64,000 bases of DNA from Chloroflexota bacterium. GTDB taxonomy: Bacteria; Chloroflexota; Anaerolineae; Anaerolineales; Villigracilaceae. The position numbers and the translations under genes were made by a program. Of this stretch, positions 56,978-64,000 are shown one piece after another; position 1 is the stretch's first letter, and the number at the start of each line of letters is the position of its first letter. Under the pieces are notes generated by a model. That model made no database searches. It worked only from the letters and a program-made list of their open reading frames with translations, and had not been told where the DNA came from. The DNA is taken from assembly GCA_021795965.1 (NCBI GenBank), contig JAJYOU010000009.1, positions 951-64,950 on the forward strand, given 5' to 3'.

Positions 56978-57006
56978 TTGACATTCCCAACTGCTTCAGA
57001 TAGAAT
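56978..57006 (+). promoter_or_regulatory. Near-consensus sigma-70 promoter for the tRNA-Ala pair
   Basis: TTGACA (56978-56983), a 17-nt spacer, then TAGAAT (57001-57006). The tRNA 5' end is 17 nt downstream. Confidence 0.6.
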
Positions 57007-57023
57007 AGTTGGGCTAATAAAAT

Positions 57024-57096
57024 GGGCCTGTAGCGCAGTTGGGAGCGCGCCTCAATCGCACTGAGGAGGCCAGGGGTTCGAATCCCCTCAGGTCCA
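57024..57096 (+). tRNA. tRNA-Ala (anticodon CGC)
   Basis: Hand-folded cloverleaf: GGGCCTG/TA/GCGC-AGTTGGGA-GCGC/G/CCTCA-ATCGCAC-TGAGG/AGGCC/AGGGG-TTCGAAT-CCCCT/CAGGTCC/A. The G3:U70 identity pair is present. The 3' CCA is not encoded. Confidence 0.9.
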
Positions 57097-57142
57097 CTGG
57101 TTGACGGATTGCCGTTTATCATGTAGAATAGCCGTCGCATTA

Positions 57143-57218
57143 GGGCCCATAGCGCAGTTGGGAGCGCGTCTCAATGGCATTGAGAAGGCCGAGGGTTCGA
57201 ATCCCTCTGGGTCCACCA
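57143..57218 (+). tRNA. tRNA-Ala (anticodon GGC), CCA encoded
   Basis: GGGCCCA/TA/GCGC-AGTTGGGA-GCGC/G/TCTCA-ATGGCAT-TGAGA/AGGCC/GAGGG-TTCGAAT-CCCTC/TGGGTCC/A+CCA. G3:U70 is present. Confidence 0.9.
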
Positions 57219-57223
57219 AAACA

Positions 57224-57253
57224 GGGCAGGTCTTTGACCTGCCCGAATTTTTT
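57224..57253 (+). terminator. Rho-independent terminator after the tRNA pair
   Basis: GGGCAGGTC-TTT-GACCTGCCC, followed by GAATTTTTT. Confidence 0.7.
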
Positions 57254-57264
57254 GGAACTGATCG

Positions 57265-57273
57265 TGATATAAT
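57265..57273 (+). promoter_or_regulatory. Extended -10 promoter element for the leuS leader
   Basis: TGATATAAT (TGn + TATAAT). The -35 is weak. Confidence 0.45.
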
Positions 57274-57279
57274 ATTTTT

Positions 57280-57549
57280 AAAGTTTTTCAGGAGTAGTAG
57301 GTTATCCCGTCAGCGAGCCGGGAAAGCAAGGTGGAAGCCCGACGCTGTGCCCGCGGGAGCACGTTTAAACCGAACTCGCCTGACCCCTATCAAGGGAAGC
57401 TGCTCTGGTGAAATTAAGTAGTCAGAGCCGGGATGCCCGTTACAGCAGCTTGAGTGGTCAGCGGGATATTCCCTCTGGCAAACCGGGTGGTACCGCGGAG
57501 TCATACCTTCGTCCCTGTTATGTGGATGAAGGTATTTTTATTATTTTTT
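57280..57549 (+). promoter_or_regulatory. T-box leader (tRNA-Leu sensing riboswitch) of leuS
   Basis: Stem I elements are AGTA (57293-57296), the AG bulge AGCGA (57312-57316) and the distal GGTGGAA. The specifier context is GAA-CTC-G, with CTC (Leu) at 57375-57377. The T-box core GGGTGGTACCGCG is at 57485-57497. A 12-bp terminator (57503-57535) is followed by TTTTATTATTTTTT. Confidence 0.85.
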
Positions 57550-57756
57550 GCCTGACCATTTCATTTTTCAACATAATTGAGCTTGTTGAATAACAATAAT
57601 AAAATTTCAAAAATCTTCTGCCATATAACCTTTTCCACGTAACCTGGGGCTGCCGTCATCCATTATTAATTTACAGGAAGGATCGTGATAAGACGGTGAC
57701 CTGGATATTCATGATCAAAGGTAAAGTTTCACCATCAGTTTTGGAGTGAGGAAAGA

Positions 57757-60222
57757 ATGAACAAACCGTACAACTATTCAGCTATCGAGAAAAAATGGCA
57801 AGAAAAATGGGAAAACGATGGGTTGTACCACGCCGATATCAACCCGAACAAACCCAAGCATTATGCCTTGACCATGCTGCCTTACCCGAGTGGCGACCTG
57901 CACATCGGGCACTGGTACGCCATGACACCTTCCGACTCGCGGGCTCGTTACATGCGCATGAAAGGCTTCAACGTCATGTTCCCCATGGGTTTCGATGCCT
58001 TTGGTCTCCCGGCTGAAAATGCAGCCATCAAGAGTGGCATCCATCCCATGATTCGAACACGCGATAACATCATCCGCATGCGCAAACAACTCAGGTCCAT
58101 GGGAGCGATGTTCGATTGGAGGCGTGAAATCGTATCCAGTGAGCCAGAATATTACAAATGGTCTGAATGGTTTTTCATCCAGTTGTATAAAAACAACCTG
58201 GCTTATCGCAAGATGTCACCTGTTGATTTTTGCCCTCATTGCAATACCACCCTGGCTCGTGAACAGGTTTGGGGGGATGACCGCCACTGCGAACGCTGCG
58301 GCACGCCTGTCATCAAGAAGGACCTGGACCAGTGGTTTTTCAAGGCAACCAGTTATGCGGAAGAATTACTGAATTTTGATGGAACCGACTGGCCGGAAAG
58401 ATTAAAAACCCTCCAGACCAACTGGATTGACCGGTCTGAAGGTGCGAGTGTCATCTTCCAGACCGAGATGGGAGATCCCGTCGAGGTTTTCACGACGCGA
58501 CCCGATACGCTCTGGGGAGCCACTTTCATGGTATTTTCCCCGGAACATCCCTTAGTGGAAAAGATCACTACTCCTGAGAACCAGGCAGCCGTCACTGCTT
58601 ATAAAGCCCAGGCTGCCCGCCAGTCCGATATCCAGCGCGGTGCCTTGGACAAAGAGAAAACCGGCGTCTTTACGGGCAGTTACGCTGTCAATCCGGTGAA
58701 TCTAGCGCGCATCCCAATCTGGATTGCGGACTACGTCCTGATGAGTTATGGCACGGGAGCCATCATGGCTGTTCCCGCCCATGACGAAAGGGATTTTGCT
58801 TTTGCCCGCAAATTTAATCTACCAATTATCCCTGTCTTCCAACCGGAAAATGGAATTTCACTGGACGGGAACAGTATGGAAGCTGCCTTCATCGCCGAAG
58901 GTTTGATGATCAATTCCGATCATTTCAACGGAACCAGGGTCAACACCGAAAAAGGACGGAAGAACCCGGCTATAGCCGCTGTGATTGACTGGTTGGAACA
59001 ACAGGGCATTGGCAAAGAAACAGTGAATTACCGTTATCGCGACTGGTTGATCAGCCGGCAGCGATACTGGGGATCACCCATTCCGATGATCTATTGTAAA
59101 AATCATGGCTGGAACCCGGTGCCTGAGGATCAACTGCCAGTCCTGCTGCCGGAAGATGTCGCATGGAAACCAACCGGTGAAAGCCCTCTCAAGCTGCACC
59201 CGACCTGGTCAAAGACCACCTGCCCCATTTGTGGTGGTCCCGCCACGCGCGAAACAGACACCATGGATACCTTTATGTGCTCCTCCTGGTATCACCTGCG
59301 CTACTTGAGTCCACACTATGCTTCAGGTCCATTTGACCCGCAGGAATACAAGTATTGGATGCCCGTGGACACCTACACAGGTGGAATCGAACATGCCACC
59401 ATGCATTTGCTCTACACCCGGTTTTTCCACAAAGCCATGCGGGATATTGGCATTACCAGTGGAAAAGAACCCTGGATTCAAATCCGCAACCAGGGCATGG
59501 TCCTGGGTGAAGACAATGAAAAAATGTCAAAGAGCCGCGGAAATGTCATCGCTCCTGATATCCTCGTGGAAAAATACGGCGCGGATACAGTCCGAGCTTA
59601 CCTGATGTTCTTTGCCCGCTGGGAAATGGGTGCCCCCTGGGACAGCAAAGGAATCGAAGGTTCTGCCCGCTGGATTCGTCGGACCTGGTCGTTATTCACT
59701 GATGACCCCGTCAGTGGCAAACCGGATCCAGAAATGTTGCGAAGTTTGCGCCGGAAAGCGCATCAGACCCTCAAGCGGGTCACCCGCAATTTTGAGCAGT
59801 TTGAATTTAATACAATTATTTCGTCCCTGATGGAATTCCTGAATGAAATGTATAAAGCTCGCGAAGCAGGCGCAGTCGGCACAAAAGAATGGAAGGAATG
59901 CCAGGAGCTCTATCTGAAAATGTTGGCACCGGTTGCTCCGCATATCAGCGAAGAGTTATGGGCAGAAATTGGGAAACCATACTCCATCCACACCGAGACC
60001 TGGCCAAGTGTTGATGAAGAAGCTGCAAAAGAAGACGAAATCTCGATTGCAGTTCAAATCAACGGCAAAGTCCGTGACCATGTAATTGTTTCAGCCTCAG
60101 CGGATGATGAAATCGTCAAAGCCACTGCCCTGGCAGCCGAAGGTGTTGTCAAGACCCTGGACGGTAAAACACCCAGAAAAATCATCGTCGTTAAGGGAAA
60201 ACTGGTCAGTATTGTTGTCTGA
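57757..60222 (+). CDS. leuS: Leucine--tRNA ligase
   Basis: HIGH motif PYPSGDLHIGH, KMSKS motif KMSKSRGN and the editing-domain block, 821 aa. Confidence 0.95.
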   Translation: MNKPYNYSAIEKKWQEKWENDGLYHADINPNKPKHYALTMLPYPSGDLHIGHWYAMTPSDSRARYMRMKGFNVMFPMGFDAFGLPAENAAIKSGIHPMIRTRDNIIRMRKQLRSMGAMFDWRREIVSSEPEYYKWSEWFFIQLYKNNLAYRKMSPVDFCPHCNTTLAREQVWGDDRHCERCGTPVIKKDLDQWFFKATSYAEELLNFDGTDWPERLKTLQTNWIDRSEGASVIFQTEMGDPVEVFTTRPDTLWGATFMVFSPEHPLVEKITTPENQAAVTAYKAQAARQSDIQRGALDKEKTGVFTGSYAVNPVNLARIPIWIADYVLMSYGTGAIMAVPAHDERDFAFARKFNLPIIPVFQPENGISLDGNSMEAAFIAEGLMINSDHFNGTRVNTEKGRKNPAIAAVIDWLEQQGIGKETVNYRYRDWLISRQRYWGSPIPMIYCKNHGWNPVPEDQLPVLLPEDVAWKPTGESPLKLHPTWSKTTCPICGGPATRETDTMDTFMCSSWYHLRYLSPHYASGPFDPQEYKYWMPVDTYTGGIEHATMHLLYTRFFHKAMRDIGITSGKEPWIQIRNQGMVLGEDNEKMSKSRGNVIAPDILVEKYGADTVRAYLMFFARWEMGAPWDSKGIEGSARWIRRTWSLFTDDPVSGKPDPEMLRSLRRKAHQTLKRVTRNFEQFEFNTIISSLMEFLNEMYKAREAGAVGTKEWKECQELYLKMLAPVAPHISEELWAEIGKPYSIHTETWPSVDEEAAKEDEISIAVQINGKVRDHVIVSASADDEIVKATALAAEGVVKTLDGKTPRKIIVVKGKLVSIVV

Positions 60223-60245
60223 GATCAACCCCAAATTCAGAAAAG

Positions 60246-60285
60246 AAAGAAGCCCTTTCCTCACAAGGATCGGGCTTCTTTTTGT
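60246..60285. terminator. Bidirectional rho-independent terminator between convergent genes
   Basis: AAAGAAGCCC (60246-60255) pairs with GGGCTTCTTT (60272-60281). An A-run lies upstream and a T-run downstream. Confidence 0.6.
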
Positions 60286-60319
60286 GATTGCCAAAACTTC
60301 AAGCGTTGGATTTTAACGG

Positions 60320-61066
60320 CTAGGGTGTTGTTGCGCTGGGTTGAACCGTGGGCGAAATAGTGTTGGTTGGGTTGACCGCGCTCGTGGGTGTGCTGGTTGC
60401 GGGAACAGCAGTGGATGTGGCTTCGCTTGTTCCACCAGGAGTTGGAGTGAAAGTAGGCGCTGTATCAGAAACCGTAATGATCACCCAAACAAACTGTCCG
60501 AACGACTGTCCCTTGCTGTTTGCGAGGATCCAACTGCCCGTATAATCTCCCGGCTTGGTGGGTGCCGTAAGTCGGACGGTGATATTGGCTTCTTCTTGAG
60601 GCGCTACAGTCACCAGGATGGACCTCTGCTCACCATTCATTTTATCGCCGCTGTAATATGTGATCGTGTAACTTTGAGTCCAGGTGCATGAACCCGTATT
60701 TTTAAACTTCCAGGTTTTATCAAACACCTGCCCTGGCGCCATGACGGTATGGTCAGGGATCGTTACATCGCTAATATACAGCGAATTATCACAATAATTT
60801 TGCGTGACCGGGGTCGAGGTAATTTGTGTGATAGTTGCGGTTGGGGTTGCTGAAGGTATCGGTGTACTGGTCGGCAGGGGTGTTTGTGAGGGAACCGGGG
60901 TGGCGGTGATGTTTGTCGCCCTTGCAATAATCGTTTCTGCTGCAGCGGTGTAAACCGCATTAACCGCTTCCGTCGGACTTCCTCCCGCGCCAAAACTGCA
61001 TGCGCCTAGTATCAGCACAGCAGCCATCAAGCCTGGCAAAATAACCAAAAACTTTCTTTTTTTCAT
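60320..61066 (-). CDS. Secreted lipoprotein with an NBR1-like (FW / Ig-like) domain and Thr/Pro-rich linkers
   Basis: Lipobox LGAC. Linkers TATPVPSQTPLPTSTPIPSATPTATITQITSTP and C-terminal TPTPGGTSEATSTAVPATSTPTS. Core APGQVFDKTWKFKNTGSCTW...GDYTGSWILANSKGQSFGQFVWV. Confidence 0.55.
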   Translation of the reverse strand: MKKRKFLVILPGLMAAVLILGACSFGAGGSPTEAVNAVYTAAAETIIARATNITATPVPSQTPLPTSTPIPSATPTATITQITSTPVTQNYCDNSLYISDVTIPDHTVMAPGQVFDKTWKFKNTGSCTWTQSYTITYYSGDKMNGEQRSILVTVAPQEEANITVRLTAPTKPGDYTGSWILANSKGQSFGQFVWVIITVSDTAPTFTPTPGGTSEATSTAVPATSTPTSAVNPTNTISPTVQPSATTP

Positions 61067-61078
61067 AATCTTGTTTCC

Positions 61079-62377
61079 TTATATATCCTTTGTCATTATC
61101 CTGGCTGCTCTGCGCCCGATCTCCACCGCGAAATTAGTTCCACGATCCCACGGATACACCTGACTCATCGAGGCAAAATAAAGACCCTCAACTGGTGTTT
61201 CTATAGCAGGAATGTTTTTTGAATGATTTACAAATGGTACGGGCTGCCCATAGGCGGTGCGGTACAGCCAGGATTTGTTTACCCAGCCTGGTTCAAAATC
61301 CGGATTAAATTTCTTCAGGCTGGGTAAAAATTTTTCGAGTAAGTCTTCCTTGGTGAGCTGGAAATATTCATGCTCCGGTTCCAGGTAATCACCGATATAC
61401 AGGATGTGCTCACCGGCAAAATGATCCGGTGATACGTAGTTGGTATGTTCAACCACCGCAAGGAATGGAAACCCTGCGCTTTTAGGGATGTTGTACCAGT
61501 AATAACCTTCCCTAGACAATTGATGTTTGAGCGACAGAGTTAATACAACCGCTCCCATTGACTTTAAATTAAGCAGGCCATCCAGGTAAGCCTTTGGTAT
61601 TGATGGTACCACATTTGCAAAAGCCCCCGGAGAAAGGGTCACCAGCACCTTGTCCACAGTCTCCAGCCCGTTCGCTGTCGTGAGTTCAAGGCTTGCTGTC
61701 TCATCATTTCGCTGAATGTGAGTGACCGGGTTGGAGAGTTTAATTTCCACCCCCGCTGTCCTTAATTTTTCAGCAAACTGGTCCGCGAAAGCCTGAAAGC
61801 CACCCTCAAAAGTTCCCAACCGGGTTGTTCGTGCATGCAGGCGAGCCCACATCCAGGCCATATTAACTCGTTTGTAATATTTTTCCCCAAACTTGCCCAT
61901 CACGAGTGGTTCCCACATCAGCTCGTAAACTTTATTCCCGGTCCATTTACGCATCCATTCATCGACCGTAAATTTCTCCAGCTCTTTCCAGTTCGCCGTT
62001 AACCTCAAAAACAATCCCACCAGGCCAAAGCGGATTTTATCAATTCCCCAGCCCAAACCCGGGAACATGATCGCCTTTAGAATCGAATCAAGCGGGTAAA
62101 ACTTGCCCTTGTAATACATCACGGTGTAAGGACGGGGAAAGATGACTTTATCGCTCAGTCCAAGTTCTTCAATCAGCCCCAGCATGTCTTTATCGGATGC
62201 AAACCAGTGATGGTAGAATTTTTCCACCGACCAATCCCAGCCAGGTTCCTTGAAACCGCTGGCCAACCCGCCCACAAAGTCTGCTGATTCGTAAATGGTT
62301 ACAGTATGACCCGCCTTGCGCAAGTCCCATGCGGCAGCCATGCCGGCATGACCTGCGCCGATGATTGCAATTTTCAT
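61079..62377 (-). CDS. FAD/NAD(P)-binding oxidoreductase (amine oxidase / phytoene desaturase-like)
   Basis: N-terminal dinucleotide fold KIAIIGAGHAGMAAAWDL..TIYESADFVGGL. Confidence 0.75.
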   Translation of the reverse strand: MKIAIIGAGHAGMAAAWDLRKAGHTVTIYESADFVGGLASGFKEPGWDWSVEKFYHHWFASDKDMLGLIEELGLSDKVIFPRPYTVMYYKGKFYPLDSILKAIMFPGLGWGIDKIRFGLVGLFLRLTANWKELEKFTVDEWMRKWTGNKVYELMWEPLVMGKFGEKYYKRVNMAWMWARLHARTTRLGTFEGGFQAFADQFAEKLRTAGVEIKLSNPVTHIQRNDETASLELTTANGLETVDKVLVTLSPGAFANVVPSIPKAYLDGLLNLKSMGAVVLTLSLKHQLSREGYYWYNIPKSAGFPFLAVVEHTNYVSPDHFAGEHILYIGDYLEPEHEYFQLTKEDLLEKFLPSLKKFNPDFEPGWVNKSWLYRTAYGQPVPFVNHSKNIPAIETPVEGLYFASMSQVYPWDRGTNFAVEIGRRAARIMTKDI

Positions 62378-62457
62378 TACTTTCCTCCAAAAAGCTTAAC
62401 GCTCATGATCCCAAGGAAGTTCCCTCGAAACCTGTTGTTTCTTAAATTCCCCATTTT

Positions 62458-63459
62458 TTATTCAGCTTCCTTGCGCAGAGCGTCACTCCAGCGAATGCCT
62501 TCCCGGGCAAGGTAATAAGCGCCCAGCAAGGTAATGGGAATCCATAAGGCAGCATGTAATGTCAGCGTATAGGCGGCGGCAGTCGCCTGGTCCACACCAT
62601 ATGCCACCAGGACCGCAATACCCGGAGCATCAAAAGTGCCAATATACCCGGGCGCGGATGGAATGGTTGTAGCCAGGTTGACAATACCATTCATCAGCAT
62701 GAGTGCAAAGAACGAAACCGTAAAACCAAAGGCATGCATCACAAACCAATATTTAATTGTTTCCAGCAGCCAGATGATGACGGAAGTGACAAAAACCATC
62801 AGGATGTTGACGGGTGAACGCAGTGATGCCAACCCGTCCAGAAAAAGATGCATAATGTTGGACACTTTTCCGTGAAACCTGTCAGGCAGAAAGCGATCAA
62901 TCATCCATTGACCGACTCCGATGGTCCAGGTTGGAAACATGGCGGCGACCAGGAAAATGATCAAAGCCGCTGAAAACGCAGCCGTCCCGTAAAGAGCCAC
63001 TTGCTGAATATTCCCCAAAAATCCGGAGTTGCTGGTCAGGAGTGCCAGTTCGGGCAGATTAATAAAAACAAATCCAAGCATTACGACCCCGTCAAATATT
63101 CTTTCCACGATGATGGTCGCCAGGGATGCGGAAACTGGCACCCCTTCACGTCTTTTCAGGATGACCGCCCGCAACACTTCCCCTGCACGCGCCGGGTAAA
63201 TATTATTCCCCATATAACCAATGGCTGTGATTGGGAACATCTTTTGGGTTGAAATCGACTTGACCGGCTTGAGAAGGTAATGCCAGCGCCAGGCGCGCGC
63301 CCAAACAGCCACAAAATACACCGCGATTCCCGGTAAAATCCACCAGTAATTCGCACTTTTGATGACATCCCAGAATTCACCCAGCCTTAAGCCCCGCAGG
63401 GATATCCAAACGAAAAAAACGCTGATTAACACGCCGAGCCAAAAATGCCATTTTTTCAT
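62458..63459 (-). CDS. Flippase-like membrane protein (UPF0104 / lysyl-PG synthase TM-region family), second copy
   Basis: About 8 TM segments, with NNIYPARAGEVLRAVIL and PSAPGYIGTFD. These parallel the motifs of the 11484 paralog. Confidence 0.7.
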   Translation of the reverse strand: MKKWHFWLGVLISVFFVWISLRGLRLGEFWDVIKSANYWWILPGIAVYFVAVWARAWRWHYLLKPVKSISTQKMFPITAIGYMGNNIYPARAGEVLRAVILKRREGVPVSASLATIIVERIFDGVVMLGFVFINLPELALLTSNSGFLGNIQQVALYGTAAFSAALIIFLVAAMFPTWTIGVGQWMIDRFLPDRFHGKVSNIMHLFLDGLASLRSPVNILMVFVTSVIIWLLETIKYWFVMHAFGFTVSFFALMLMNGIVNLATTIPSAPGYIGTFDAPGIAVLVAYGVDQATAAAYTLTLHAALWIPITLLGAYYLAREGIRWSDALRKEAE

Positions 63460-63632
63460 CGTGAGGTGATTTTATCATGTCCAACTCTCAGAAGACTAGA
63501 AATTAGAATTCCCCACATTTTCCCATCCGGGGTTTCAGCAAACAAAAAAATGACAAGTGCAAGTGAAGGCACTTTAGTTTTTTGATTAAAAAGGGAAATG
63601 CAGTGATTGCCCTCCTGATCAAACTACCGAAT

Positions 63633-63661
63633 TTGTATCCTCTATCTTCTCAGGCTATAAT
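63633..63661 (+). promoter_or_regulatory. Candidate promoter giving a leaderless transcript
   Basis: TTGTAT (63633-63638), a 17-nt spacer, then TATAAT (63656-63661). The ATG is 5 nt downstream at 63667. Confidence 0.45.
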
Positions 63662-63666
63662 TCAGG

Positions 63667-64000
63667 CATGGATATTAACCAAGTTGCCGCTGATTTCAGC
63701 CTACCTGATGAAGCGGGTTTTCTCCATTCACTCGCTTCTTTTCGCGGAAAGATCGTGGTGATCAATTTCTGGTCGGCAGAATGTCCCTGGAGTGCACGCG
63801 CTGACCAATATTTACATCATGTTGGAGGAAAATATCCTGGGAAGGTCGCCATCCTGAACATTTCATCCAACCAGAACGAGACGCTTGAACAAATCCAACA
63901 ATCCGCCCGGGAGCATGACCTGCCTTTTGTCCTGCTGGATCAAAATTGCAAGGTGGCTGATGCTTGGGGGGCGTTGACGACGCCGCACATTTTTGTGTTG
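63667..64000 (+). CDS. Thioredoxin-fold redoxin (TlpA/AhpC-TSA-like), partial, CxxS active site
   Basis: Hand translation: MDINQVAADFSLPDEAGFLHSLASFRGKIVVINFWSAECPWSARADQYL...LTTPHIFV. It runs off the window, so it is absent from the ORF track. Confidence 0.7.

Noticed and set aside
1-64000. Scan for CRISPR arrays, tandem or dispersed repeats, IS elements, integrases, phage or toxin-antitoxin/defence genes, and rRNA
   Set aside because: I noticed no regularly spaced direct repeats, transposase/integrase/recombinase-like ORFs, nuclease-helicase defence architectures or rRNA-like sequence. An unaided read can miss short or degenerate repeats.

Overview
Dense, mostly housekeeping chromosomal window. 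It looks like a Chloroflexota (Anaerolineae-like) bacterium; this is inferred from two Chlor_Arch_YYY/DUF2298 proteins and general gene content, and I could run no search. All motif coordinates were counted by hand.

Gene content in order:
- ybaB (partial) and dnaX.
- A CIRCE-controlled hrcA-grpE-dnaJ-prmA operon on the minus strand.
- A zinc-ribbon protein coupled to a large membrane protein, then a PH/SHOCT protein and lepA.
- A roughly 16 kb co-directional envelope-glycosylation-type gene train (11.5-27.4 kb): flippase-like UPF0104 protein, SDR epimerase, GT4, SAM methyltransferase and four giant polytopic proteins, one of 1660 aa.
- cmk-plsC and an orphan 1099-aa sensor kinase.
- rpmH-rnpA-yidD-[PQQ-propeller lipoprotein]-yidC-jag, a PfkB kinase and parA-parB.
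- A signalling island (39.5-44.9 kb): two soluble histidine kinases, an OmpR regulator, a 98-aa unknown protein coupled to an orphan CpaF-like ATPase, and a tandem-HTH protein.
- GNAT, DsbA-like, and PduO adenosyltransferase plus DUF554.
- A Het-C-like protein, yqeY-pgpH-ybeY-dgkA, an endonuclease IV-like protein, GNAT, a NarL-type regulator and fabG.
- Two tRNA-Ala genes and a T-box-controlled leuS.
- An NBR1-like lipoprotein, an FAD oxidoreductase plus a second UPF0104 protein, and a partial CxxS redoxin.

I saw no rRNA, CRISPR array, transposase, integrase or phage genes.

Best candidates for undescribed biology:
1. The YYY/GT-C gene train, including a natural fusion of a GT-C-like module to a YYY module.
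2. A histidine kinase carrying a perfect MshEN-type c-di-GMP-binding motif, three genes upstream of a platform-less CpaF-like ATPase that is translationally coupled to a small unknown protein.
3. A recurring TATAAT box 5-6 nt upstream of ATG, suggesting leaderless mRNAs.
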